Position numbers and translations under genes: made by a program
The notes under the pieces: model-generated
What the model was told of the DNA's origin: nothing
The model's input: the letters and a program-made list of their open reading frames with translations, nothing else
The model's database searches: none
NCBI GenBank assembly: GCA_016182385.1
Contig: JACPGV010000002.1
Span: 253,190 to 317,189 of the forward strand
Length of the DNA: 64,000 bases
Direction of reading: 5' to 3'
DNA from: Candidatus Moraniibacteriota bacterium
GTDB taxonomy: Bacteria; Patescibacteriota; Minisyncoccia; Moranbacterales; UBA1568
Shown here: positions 9,437 to 18,720 of the stretch, piece after piece
How positions within the stretch are numbered: position 1 is the stretch's first letter
How the letters are laid out: the number at the start of each line of letters is the position of its first letter

Positions 9437-11383
9437 ATGATTCATACTGATCAAAACGACATTACTTTTTTTGCTAAAACGAACTTTCGTAATCAGGATC
9501 GGGTGTTTGGTATCAAGACGGATGATCGACGTCGGCACATGTACGTCATCGGCAAGACTGGTATGGGAAAAACCAATCTTCTCGAGAATTTGGCGATACA
9601 AGATATTCAGAAGGGTCATGGTATTGCTTTTATCGATCCGCACGGTGATACGGCGGAAAAACTTATTCGAGCTATTCCAGCGAATCGTATCAATGACGTC
9701 ATTTATTTCAATCCAGCCGATCAAGATTTCCCCATTGCTTTCAATGTAATGGAAAAAGTCAGTCCCGAGTATCGGCATCTTGTGGCGTCCGGTCTGGTCG
9801 GCGTGTTCAAGAAGATATGGGCGGATTCATGGGGACCGCGTCTTGAATATATTCTCCGCAACGCCATTTTGGCACTCCTTGAATACCCTGGTTCGACACT
9901 TCTCGGCGTGACGCGTATTTTGGTGGATAAATCCTATCGTGACCGTGTTGTGGAAAAAGTGACCGATCCGGTGGTGCGGAGTTTTTGGGTGGATGAATTT
10001 TCCAAGTGGAACGACCGCGTACTTCAAGAAGTCATTTCGCCGATTCAAAACAAGGTGGGACAATTTTTGACGAGTTCGCTTATTCGCAATATCGTTGGTC
10101 AGACGACATCGTCTTTTGATGTGCGTGATGTGATGGATGGTCGCAAGATTCTCATCATGAATCTTTCCAAGGGGCGCATAGGTGAAGACAACAGCGCACT
10201 TCTGGGCGCGATGATCATCACCAAGATCCAACTTGCCGCGATGGCACGGGTGGATATTCCCGAAGATGATCGCAATGATTTTTATTTGTATGTCGACGAA
10301 TTTCAAAATTTTGCGACGGAATCATTTGCTAATATTCTTTCGGAAGCTCGCAAATATCATTTGAATCTTGTTCTCGCTAATCAATATGTGACGCAGATCG
10401 ACGAAAAAGTGCGTGACGCTATTTTCGGTAATGCGGGAAGCATCATTTCTTTCCGTGTCGGTGCGATGGATGCGGAGTTTTTGGAAAAAGAATTTGAGCC
10501 GGTATTTATTGCGAATGATCTTGTCAATTTGGAAAAATATAATATTTATCTCAAATTGATGATTGATGGTATCGCTGGAGATGCGTTTTCCGCCACCACG
10601 TTGCCGCCGATCAAATTGGAAGATGCCGGCAACGAAGAGAAGATTATTCATAGTTCTCGGGAGCGGTATTCGTCGAGTAAGATTGAGGTAGAAGACAAGA
10701 TTCGTCGGTGGAGTGGAATGCTTACGGCGGAAGAACGTCAAGCCTTCGCAGGACAATCATCGCGTGCGAGGGATGTGCAGACGACTGTTGAAAAAAATAC
10801 GTCGCAGAGGAAACAAATTCACTCTCCGTCGCCTATGTTTTCTCGAGGAAAAGAACACAAGCCGGTGTACCCACAAAAAAGAGAGGAGCATGTCGTGGTG
10901 ACACGTGAGACACCGATGGCTGAAATACCCGCGAACGAGATTGTTCCAGCGTCTCTGGAAAAGAAAGAAGAGGGAGAACAAAAAGAAAAAAATATTTCTC
11001 AAGGAGAAGAGAGTGTGGAAAAGAAGATGTATGCCGCTTTGTGTGCGACATGTGGTGTCGATATTGCCGTTCCTTTTGAACCGGATGGAAAACGGCCGAC
11101 TTTTTGCAAGGATTGTTTGCGTGATTATCAACGGGCGACTGCCAAAGTACGAAATGAGACAGTGCCGAAAGAGAATGTGGCATCGAATAACGAGAGAGCA
11201 AAGAAAAAAGATGTTCGCACGATGCAGCCGAAAGCGTATGTTTCTTCTGATGCGCCCATGTCGCTTGGTCAGGTGCAACACGTCGGTCCGAAGAAATTCA
11301 AAACATTACAGCGACGTCCTTCTGTCAATTTGCAAGAGGTGCGATCGCTTATTGATCAGGCGAGAAAAAACACAGAAGAGTGA
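9437..11383 (+). CDS. VirD4/TraG/TraD-like (type IV coupling protein family) P-loop ATPase, TM-less, with C-terminal K/E-rich linker and C4 zinc-ribbon
   Basis: Walker A is VIGKTGMGKTNLLENLA and Walker B is DFYLYVDEFQNF. A TraG-D_C-like region follows: …ARKYHLNLVLANQYVTQIDEKVRDAIFGNAGSIISFRVG. The C-terminal motif is CATCG…VPFEPDGKRPTFCKDC. Confidence 0.7.
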   Translation: MIHTDQNDITFFAKTNFRNQDRVFGIKTDDRRRHMYVIGKTGMGKTNLLENLAIQDIQKGHGIAFIDPHGDTAEKLIRAIPANRINDVIYFNPADQDFPIAFNVMEKVSPEYRHLVASGLVGVFKKIWADSWGPRLEYILRNAILALLEYPGSTLLGVTRILVDKSYRDRVVEKVTDPVVRSFWVDEFSKWNDRVLQEVISPIQNKVGQFLTSSLIRNIVGQTTSSFDVRDVMDGRKILIMNLSKGRIGEDNSALLGAMIITKIQLAAMARVDIPEDDRNDFYLYVDEFQNFATESFANILSEARKYHLNLVLANQYVTQIDEKVRDAIFGNAGSIISFRVGAMDAEFLEKEFEPVFIANDLVNLEKYNIYLKLMIDGIAGDAFSATTLPPIKLEDAGNEEKIIHSSRERYSSSKIEVEDKIRRWSGMLTAEERQAFAGQSSRARDVQTTVEKNTSQRKQIHSPSPMFSRGKEHKPVYPQKREEHVVVTRETPMAEIPANEIVPASLEKKEEGEQKEKNISQGEESVEKKMYAALCATCGVDIAVPFEPDGKRPTFCKDCLRDYQRATAKVRNETVPKENVASNNERAKKKDVRTMQPKAYVSSDAPMSLGQVQHVGPKKFKTLQRRPSVNLQEVRSLIDQARKNTEE

Positions 11384-11593
11384 TGGATCGAGAAAAACGT
11401 TTGTTGATTGGTGGTATTTTTGTTACTATGGAAAAAAGAGTAATAATGAAAGTATGAGTTTTAGAAAATGGCACAAACGGGCATATGCCCTGTGGGTGGT
11501 GGTTTCTGTTCTTGTTGTGGTATCGATGGTGGCCTTTTTGTTTGCCCCGTTCTTTCTCTATTAGTCAATGAAACACTCCTAAAAATTTGCCCT

Positions 11594-11986
11594 ATGATGA
11601 AAAAGAAATGGGGAATCGGCGTGGTTATTATTTTGGGATGTATTGTATTCGGATGGGTAACGACAATAGCGTGGAAACATGTGGAAAGGAATCGGGTCAT
11701 TCAAAAAGAAATCGCTCTTTTACAGACCGAGGCAGATCGTATTCGTTTGGAAAATGAGACATTGAGCGAAAAAATACGGTATTTTGACTCTGAAGAGTTT
11801 CGTGAACAGGAGGCAAAAGAAAAATTGGGATTAAAAAAAGAGGAAGAGACAGTAGTAGCTATTAAACAATTTGCGGAAGAGGGTATCATTGATAAGAGAG
11901 AAACGATTCCGATACCTCATGAGGATGTCGATGAGGCAGGAATTTTTTCTCACCCACTCAAGTGGTGGAAGATGTTTTTTCAGTAA
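11594..11986 (+). CDS. ftsB: septum formation initiator family protein (FtsB/DivIC-like)
   Basis: An N-terminal TM helix, a coiled-coil (IALLQTEADRIRLENETLSEKIRYFDS) and an EEFREQEAKEKLGLKKEEETVV FtsB/DivIC-type signature. Confidence 0.5.
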   Translation: MMKKKWGIGVVIILGCIVFGWVTTIAWKHVERNRVIQKEIALLQTEADRIRLENETLSEKIRYFDSEEFREQEAKEKLGLKKEEETVVAIKQFAEEGIIDKRETIPIPHEDVDEAGIFSHPLKWWKMFFQ

Positions 11987-12009
11987 TAAGATGGTATGCG
12001 TAAAATCGT

Positions 12010-13044
12010 ATGAAAAAAATTAAAATTAGTACACTCGTTTATAGTCTAGGTATCGCGTTGGCGGTGCTTTTGAGCGTTAGTTTGTTTATGGTGTACGGTT
12101 TTTCTTCCTCACATAAGGGGGCTGATCGCTTGAAGGATATGTTTCCGTACCCTATAGCTTTTGTTGGATATGGTCAGGCAGTGACGTACGCGTCTCTTTC
12201 TGAAAATATCGCCTCGGTGAGACGTTTTTATGAAACACAGGATTTTTCAAAAGTTGGTTTACGGGTTGATTTTTCTACCAAGGAAGGTGAAAAGCGTTTC
12301 AAGATACGAGAAAAAGAAATTTTGAATAAAATGATTGAAGACGAGGTGATAGAATCACTTGCTAAAAAACGGGGTATTCGTGTAAGTAAAGAAGAGGTGC
12401 GTCAAAATATAACGCACAAACTTGAAGAGTACGGTAGTGAAAAGGAAGTGCGAGAAAATCTTGATCGTTTGTATGGTTGGACAGTGAATGATTTTGAGGA
12501 AAAAGTGGTGATGCCGGGTTTGTATCAGGAAAAATTGCAAAAAACATTTCTTGAAGAATCGGATACGTCTTCTCGCGCGCGTGAGGTGATCGCGTTGGCG
12601 GAGGAGAAGTTAGGATCAGGAATGAGCTTTTCTGATGTCGCAAAAGAATATTCTGAGGGGAAAACATCTGAACAAGGCGGTGAATTAGGGTGGTTTGTTT
12701 TGGAAGACCTTGCTCCGGAATTACGTTTGGTGGTAGCCAATCAAAAAGTCGGTATTCCAGGAGAGAGTGTCGAAAGCGTTCTGGGTTTCCATGTCGTTTT
12801 GGTGGAAGAGATCAAAAAAGAAGAGGGAAAGCAACTGTATCGTTTGCGACAGATTTTTGCTCGTAAAGCGACGTTTGCTGATTGGCTCACGGAAAAAATG
12901 AAAGAAATGACGATCGTTGTTCTTTCTCCGGAGTATCGTTGGGACAATGAAAGAGCCAGAGTGGAATTTCGTAGTCAAGAAATGCGTGAATTCGAACAAG
13001 ATCTTTTCGAAAATACCGAAGGTGATCCAATGTTTTTCTTCTAA
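12010..13044 (+). CDS. SurA/PrsA-like peptidyl-prolyl cis-trans isomerase (PpiC/parvulin type)
   Basis: An N-terminal signal anchor and a SurA-N-like region, then the parvulin core …SFSDVAKEYSEGKTSEQGGELGWFVLEDLAPEL…GFHVVLV. Confidence 0.65.
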   Translation: MKKIKISTLVYSLGIALAVLLSVSLFMVYGFSSSHKGADRLKDMFPYPIAFVGYGQAVTYASLSENIASVRRFYETQDFSKVGLRVDFSTKEGEKRFKIREKEILNKMIEDEVIESLAKKRGIRVSKEEVRQNITHKLEEYGSEKEVRENLDRLYGWTVNDFEEKVVMPGLYQEKLQKTFLEESDTSSRAREVIALAEEKLGSGMSFSDVAKEYSEGKTSEQGGELGWFVLEDLAPELRLVVANQKVGIPGESVESVLGFHVVLVEEIKKEEGKQLYRLRQIFARKATFADWLTEKMKEMTIVVLSPEYRWDNERARVEFRSQEMREFEQDLFENTEGDPMFFF

Positions 13045-13110
13045 TGGCATCGGAAATGTTTTTTGGACATTTGTTTTTGCGTCCGTTCATATGATGAATT
13101 GTGTAAATAA

Positions 13111-14391
13111 ATGAGTATGGAAACAAACGAATTTCAAGAAGTCGCTTTTTCTCAAGAAAAGAAAAAGTACCATTGTCGGCACGGGAAATATTTCTTTCTT
13201 TTATTTCTCGCGTGTTTTTTTGGTTTCGCCGGAGGACTCGCATCACCTTTTGTTCTCCACTGGTATGAAAAGAGTTTTTTGTCACCAGTAGAAAAAACCG
13301 AATACACAAGAAGCGTAGTACGAGAGCGGGTAGTCGCGGAAGATCAACTCGTTGCTGATTTGGTAGAAAAAAATTCTCCGAGTGTTGTGAGCATCGTCAT
13401 TTCAAGAGATGTACCGAAGGTGCGTGGTTTTTATAATCCCTTTGGAAGTGGATTCCCGTTTTTTTTCGATCCCTTCAATTCGGGAAATCAGGAAGAGGAT
13501 CGGAATGATACTCGTCGAGTGGAGAAGCAACGTGTCGGATCGGGTTCGGGATTTTTTGTTTCGACGGACGGTCTTGTCGTTACCAATAAGCACGTCGTTT
13601 CCAATGAACGAGATGAGTATACGGTGATTACGAGTGATAACAAGGAATATCCGGCAGCCGTATTGGCTCGCGACCCGTATAATGATATTGCTATTTTGAA
13701 AATTGATGTGAGTGATGTTGTGCCGGTGTCGCTTGGTGATTCAGAGAATGTAAAGGTTGGCCAAACGGTACTCGCGATTGGCAATCCTTTGGGTGAATTT
13801 GCTAATTCGGTTTCCCGCGGTATTGTTTCTGGTTTACAGAGAAGTGTTGAGGCGGGATCGGATTTTGGTGATACGGAAAAGCTTTCCAATATCATACAAA
13901 CGGATGCCGCTATCAATCCGGGAAATTCCGGCGGACCACTTTTCAACCTTTCCGGTGAGGTGATCGGGGTGAATGTCGCCATGGCGAGCGGCGCGGAAAA
14001 TATCGCATTCGCTTTGCCAATCAATTCGGTGAAGCGTGTGGTGGAGCAGGTGCGTACAACTGGCAAGATCTCCGTACCGTATATCGGTGTACGATATATT
14101 ATTCTTAGTGAGGGTATAGCCAAGCAAAACAATCTTGATGTTTCTTATGGTGCGCTCATTTTGCGCGGACAAAATATGACTGATTTCGCGGTTATTCCAG
14201 GATCACCGGCAGATAAAGCTGGACTTATGGAAAACGATATTATTTTGGAAATCAATGGTGTAAAAATTGATGGAGATCACCCGATCGCTCTTCTCATCAA
14301 TCAGTATAATGCGGGAGATGAAATAACGCTAAAAGTTTGGCATAAGGGAGATACAAAGGATGTCAAAGTGAGGCTGGAGGAACGGAGGTAG
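13111..14391 (+). CDS. htrA: HtrA/DegP-family serine protease with C-terminal PDZ domain
   Basis: The catalytic His is in GLVVTNKHVV, the Asp in NDIAILKI and the Ser in GNSGGPL. A PDZ segment follows: …ILEINGVKIDGDH…. Confidence 0.9.
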   Translation: MSMETNEFQEVAFSQEKKKYHCRHGKYFFLLFLACFFGFAGGLASPFVLHWYEKSFLSPVEKTEYTRSVVRERVVAEDQLVADLVEKNSPSVVSIVISRDVPKVRGFYNPFGSGFPFFFDPFNSGNQEEDRNDTRRVEKQRVGSGSGFFVSTDGLVVTNKHVVSNERDEYTVITSDNKEYPAAVLARDPYNDIAILKIDVSDVVPVSLGDSENVKVGQTVLAIGNPLGEFANSVSRGIVSGLQRSVEAGSDFGDTEKLSNIIQTDAAINPGNSGGPLFNLSGEVIGVNVAMASGAENIAFALPINSVKRVVEQVRTTGKISVPYIGVRYIILSEGIAKQNNLDVSYGALILRGQNMTDFAVIPGSPADKAGLMENDIILEINGVKIDGDHPIALLINQYNAGDEITLKVWHKGDTKDVKVRLEERR

Positions 14392-14426
14392 ATTGATATC
14401 GAATGTTATATGACAAAAAGTATACA

Positions 14427-14455
14427 AAAAGAGGCTTCAAAAAGCCTCTTTTTCA
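14427..14455 (+). terminator. intrinsic terminator after htrA (AAAGAGGCTT-CAAAA-AAGCCTCTTTTT)
   Basis: A perfect 9-bp stem followed by a T-tract. Confidence 0.5.
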
Positions 14456-14511
14456 GTAAATGAGTGGTGGTATATTTTTCTGAGATAGTGAAAAAAAGTA
14501 TACTTTTCTAA

Positions 14512-14538
14512 TTAGCACTCTCAGTTAGAGATTGCTAA
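14512..14538 (+). promoter_or_regulatory. CIRCE-like operator (TTAGCACTC-N9-GATTGCTAA) upstream of clpB
   Basis: It matches the CIRCE consensus TTAGCACTC-N9-GAGTGCTAA with one mismatch, about 100 nt upstream of the clpB ATG. Confidence 0.6.
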
Positions 14539-14642
14539 TTTTTTGTTTTTTTGATATATTGATGGTGAAGATTTGACCGATAAGAGAAAAGCATTTTCTT
14601 ATCGAGTGACGTCAAAAAAAATTATAAAGTAAAGAGAGGTTT

Positions 14643-17273
14643 ATGAATATACATCGTTTTACTACCAAATCACAAGAAGCGGTGCGAAACGCGCAGGAAA
14701 TCGCACTCTCGCGTGGTAATGAACAAATGGACGTGCCGCATCTTTTGTATGCGCTTTTATTGCAGAAGGATTCGATTGTGCCGGTAGTTTTACAGAAACT
14801 TGACGTGGAGACGGAAAGCCTTAAAGGAGCGGTCCTTGATATGCTTGATCGTTTTTCACGAACGAATATGGGTGGAACGGGACAACTTTCTCTTTCGCCG
14901 ATTCTTGTACAAGTTTTTAATATGGCGGAGAAAGAGATGGTGCGTATGAATGATGGTTTTATTTCTACTGAGCATTTGTTTTTGGCGATATTATCAGTAT
15001 CCGGTGACGCGAAAAAACTTCTAGAAAAATTTGGCGTGTATCATGATGAAGTGCTCAAAACGCTTTCTCTTGTGCGTGGAGGACAACGAGTGGAGAGCGA
15101 AACACCTGAGGCGACGTACCAAGCGCTTGAAAAATATGCTCTCAATTTGACGACTCTCGCGCGTGAGGAAAAGCTTGACCCGGTGATCGGTCGTGATGAA
15201 GAGATTCGACGAGTGATGCAAGTGCTTTCCCGCCGCACCAAGAATAATCCTGTGCTTATTGGAGAGGCAGGGACAGGGAAAACGGCCATTGCCGAGGGCT
15301 TGGCTCAGCGCATTATTTCTGGAGATGTGCCAGAAACCTTGAAAAACAAAGAAATAATTTCGCTTGATCTTGGAGCACTTCTCGCTGGGGCAAAGTTTCG
15401 GGGGGAATTTGAGGAGCGTCTGAAGGCCGTCCTCAAAGAAATCGAATCGGCGCCGGAACGTTTTGTTCTTTTTATCGATGAGCTTCATACGCTTGTGGGG
15501 GCGGGCGCCACTGAGGGAGCGCTTGACGCTTCCAATATGCTGAAACCGGCTCTTGCGCGCGGAAAACTTCGTACAGTGGGGGCGACCACGCTCAAGGAGT
15601 ATCAGAAATATATTGAAAAAGACGCGGCACTTGAACGTCGTTTTCAACCGGTGCTCGTGCAGGAACCATCTGAAGAAGATACGCTTGCCATTTTACGCGG
15701 GATCAAAGAAAAATACGCACTGCATCACGGCGTCAATATTACCGATGATGCGCTTATCGCGGCGGTCAAACTTTCTCGTCGCTATATTACGGATCGATTT
15801 TTACCGGATAAGGCGATTGATCTTATTGACGAGGCGGCATCTTTGCGACGGATGGAAATTGATTCTTTGCCGACAGAGCTTGATCAATTGGCGCGTGCTA
15901 TTCGTCGTTTGGAAATTGAAAAACGCGCGTTAGAAAAAGAAAATAAAAATCAAACGAAAAAGAAGATTGAAGTCATCAACAAGGAATTGTCCGAATTGAA
16001 CGAACGGTCTCGAGCGCTTTCTTTTCAGTGGAAATCAGAACGTGATCTTATTGTGGCGGCGCGCGCGCATAAAGCGGAAATAGAAAAATGGCGATCGCGG
16101 GCGGAAGTAGCGGAGCGCGAGGGACAACTTGATCGTGTGGCGGAAATTCGTTACGGAAAGATTCCAGAGCTTGAAAAAAGTATTCGACTTGAAGAAAAGA
16201 AATTAAGCGCGTTGCAAAAAACCGGTTGTATGCTTCGGGAAGAAATTACCGAGGAAGATATTGCGGCGGTTGTGTCGAAAATGACCGGTGTCCCGATATC
16301 CAAAATGCTTGAAAGAGAAACGGAGAAGCTTGTTCATATGGAGGAAGCACTCGGGAGACGTGTTATCGGTCAGGATGAGGCAATACGATCGGTCGCGAAC
16401 GCTATCAGGCGCTCTCGTGCCGGACTCTCAGAGGAAACTCGTCCAATCGGCTCCTTCATATTTCTTGGTATGACGGGAGTGGGGAAAACGGAGTTGGCCA
16501 AAGCGTTGGCGGAATTTCTTTTTGATGATGAGAAAGCCCTGGTGCGTATTGATATGTCTGAATATATGGAAGCGCATTCGACAGCCAAGCTTATCGGTTC
16601 GCCACCGGGGTATGTGGGCCATGAAGAAGGAGGTCAATTGACGGAAATCATTCGTCGTCGACCGTATAGTGTGCTTTTGCTTGATGAAATAGAAAAGGCG
16701 CATCCGAGTGTGTTTAATATTCTTTTGCAGGTTCTTGATGACGGACGATTGACTGACGCGAAGGGACGGACGGTGAATTTTAAGAATACGGTGATTATTA
16801 TGACATCGAATGTTGGCTCGGAAGTTTTAGTGCGTTCGAAAGATCTTGGTTTTATGGAAAAACGCGGGCAAGAAGGAGTTCTTTCGGAAAAAGAAATCAA
16901 AGAACGAATTTTGCGAAGTTTACGTGAAGCATTTAAACCGGAATTTCTTAATCGTATTGATGACATTGTCATTTTCCATCCGTTGTCGAAAAAAATGCTT
17001 GGGTATATCGTAAAATTGCAACTCGCGCGAGTAAGAGAACGTCTTAAAGAGCGTGGCATCCGAGTTCATTTTTCAGAAACGGTGGAGCAATATTTGGCCA
17101 AAAAAGGTTTTGATCCTTTTTATGGTGCTCGACCCCTCAAACGAAGTATTCAAAGTGAGGTGCTCGATCCTCTCTCTTTTGAAATTTTGGAAAAGAAAGT
17201 TCAAGATGGAGAAAGTATCGATGTAACTCTCAAAAAAGAAAAAATTATTTTTGTAAAGAAAAAGAAAAAATGA
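14643..17273 (+). CDS. clpB: ATP-dependent chaperone ClpB (two AAA+ modules plus M-domain coiled coil)
   Basis: The N-domain begins [18 protein letters not shown]…. D1 has [19 protein letters not shown]2 has [17 protein letters not shown], and there is a long coiled coil between them. Length is 876 aa. Confidence 0.95.
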   Translation: MNIHRFTTKSQEAVRNAQEIALSRGNEQMDVPHLLYALLLQKDSIVPVVLQKLDVETESLKGAVLDMLDRFSRTNMGGTGQLSLSPILVQVFNMAEKEMVRMNDGFISTEHLFLAILSVSGDAKKLLEKFGVYHDEVLKTLSLVRGGQRVESETPEATYQALEKYALNLTTLAREEKLDPVIGRDEEIRRVMQVLSRRTKNNPVLIGEAGTGKTAIAEGLAQRIISGDVPETLKNKEIISLDLGALLAGAKFRGEFEERLKAVLKEIESAPERFVLFIDELHTLVGAGATEGALDASNMLKPALARGKLRTVGATTLKEYQKYIEKDAALERRFQPVLVQEPSEEDTLAILRGIKEKYALHHGVNITDDALIAAVKLSRRYITDRFLPDKAIDLIDEAASLRRMEIDSLPTELDQLARAIRRLEIEKRALEKENKNQTKKKIEVINKELSELNERSRALSFQWKSERDLIVAARAHKAEIEKWRSRAEVAEREGQLDRVAEIRYGKIPELEKSIRLEEKKLSALQKTGCMLREEITEEDIAAVVSKMTGVPISKMLERETEKLVHMEEALGRRVIGQDEAIRSVANAIRRSRAGLSEETRPIGSFIFLGMTGVGKTELAKALAEFLFDDEKALVRIDMSEYMEAHSTAKLIGSPPGYVGHEEGGQLTEIIRRRPYSVLLLDEIEKAHPSVFNILLQVLDDGRLTDAKGRTVNFKNTVIIMTSNVGSEVLVRSKDLGFMEKRGQEGVLSEKEIKERILRSLREAFKPEFLNRIDDIVIFHPLSKKMLGYIVKLQLARVRERLKERGIRVHFSETVEQYLAKKGFDPFYGARPLKRSIQSEVLDPLSFEILEKKVQDGESIDVTLKKEKIIFVKKKKK

Positions 17274-17908
17274 TTTATTGTCGGTTTTTACTGTTTCTCA
17301 TCTGATAGCTTTGTGCATTAAATATTTGAGTATACAGGTGATGCAAAGGCATTGAACCATAACAGAACCCTTTACAAAAATTCTGTATTGTGGTAAAAAT
17401 ATTTCAGTTCATCCAAAAGAAAGGGGTAGCATCGTGTGCCGAAGAAAAAATCCCTATGGCTCGGGGAAAATCGCAAAGAGCCACCACTCCCTCACGTCTT
17501 TTGCCAAAGAGGGGGTGAATTTTCTTGACGGACTTGATGTCGTCAAAAAAATCACGCCGGCGACCATCCGGCAACTTCGCGGAGGAGGAAGAAGAACAAT
17601 AAGAATAATAGAAGGAAAACCTCCCTTGCAGCAAGTTGTGGAGGTTCACTTTTTGAATAACGCCAAGCAAGTGATTTTTGTCGTGGCGTTAAACCGCGAT
17701 GAGGTAGTCGCGGCACTAACAAAGTGGGCGGATGCCCGCGGATTGCCGATCTCCTTTTACGAAAATGGAAAGGGAGGAGAGATTGGATCTGTACAGTAAA
17801 AAGTGACGGGTACGTGAGAGAGATCACGGGCCCGTTTTTCTTTAAATCTCTTTTTGTACTATTATAAAAAAGAAGATTGAGATAAAAAAAAGTAATTAAA
17901 AAAAATTC

Positions 17909-18664
17909 ATGATATTCCATTTTACTATTTTTTTCTGGACGGTTATCTTCTTTTTGGGGTTGGAAGGAATTGCCATGAACCCGGTTGTCCCTTCGTGGGG
18001 ATGGTATTTTTTTTCGACGACGCCGCTTCTTATTATTTCTCTTCTGGCCAGCAAAAAGGTGACGGGACAGTATATTGGTGTTTTTTTGCCAAGTGTTTTG
18101 GCGTTGGTTATTCCTTTGCTTTTGCTTCTCATTGATCATTTTACCCAGCGTCAGATTTTTATTGTTTTGAGCGCGGGTATGTATTATTTTTCACTACTTG
18201 GCATGTATCGTTTGCATCATGCCCGAGAAGACAAAACAGCAAAGTCTTTTTTGTATGCCGCGGCTATGGCGGCTATTTTCTTTTTTTATTCCGGTACGTA
18301 TGGTTTTTATCTTAATTTTACTTTTCCGCTTTGGGGGATGATGTTTTTATATTTTATCGGAACGAGTTTTATCAGCTATGAAACCTTTGTTGGTGTGGAG
18401 CGGGTAGGGAAAGCACGCATGCTTCTTTACAGTGTCATTTTGGGATTCATTATGGGGGAAGGTGCGTGGGTAATGAGTTTCTGGCCCTTTGGATATTTGA
18501 CAGCCGGGGTCATCGCTCTTCTTTTCTTTTTTCTCTTGTGGGATATTGCGCTTGATGGACTTCGAGAAAAACTTTCTTTAAGGAAAACCGTGTGGCGTTT
18601 TTTCTTTTTCTTGGTATTGCTCACTCTTCTTCTTTTGAGTACTCCTTGGCGTATTCTTGTATAA
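17909..18664 (+). CDS. hypothetical polytopic membrane protein
   Basis: Around seven hydrophobic helices with no known motif. Confidence 0.4.
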   Translation: MIFHFTIFFWTVIFFLGLEGIAMNPVVPSWGWYFFSTTPLLIISLLASKKVTGQYIGVFLPSVLALVIPLLLLLIDHFTQRQIFIVLSAGMYYFSLLGMYRLHHAREDKTAKSFLYAAAMAAIFFFYSGTYGFYLNFTFPLWGMMFLYFIGTSFISYETFVGVERVGKARMLLYSVILGFIMGEGAWVMSFWPFGYLTAGVIALLFFFLLWDIALDGLREKLSLRKTVWRFFFFLVLLTLLLLSTPWRILV

Positions 18665-18720
18665 GGTACGTAAAACGGGTTGCCAAATATGAGAAAACGT
18701 GTTAAGAAGGGGTACATCAT

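Noticed and set aside
11455-11563. 36-aa hydrophobic mini-ORF (MSFRKWHKRAYALWVVVSVLVVVSMVAFLFAPFFLY) upstream of ftsB
   Set aside because: It has no RBS, lies in the same frame as an artefactual Arg-rich ORF, and cannot be supported without comparative data.
10757-11564. ORFs 10757..11281(-), 10833..11201(-) and 10905..11564(+), all Arg/Lys-rich
   Set aside because: They are alternative-frame artefacts of the purine-rich K/E linker at the 3' end of the VirD4-like gene.
13488-14172. ORFs 13488..14132(-) and 13834..14172(-)
   Set aside because: They are antisense to the well-supported htrA gene.
15021-15647. 208-aa ORF on the minus strand
   Set aside because: It is antisense within clpB.
17434-17799. 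121-aa ORF (+) after clpB, and overlapping minus-strand ORFs 17404..17670 and 17552..18139
   Set aside because: There is no credible start or RBS. The sequence is low-complexity (RGGGRRTIRIIEG), and several overlapping frames are open simultaneously, which is typical of a GC-rich non-coding stretch. It is reported instead as a candidate structured RNA or pseudogene region.
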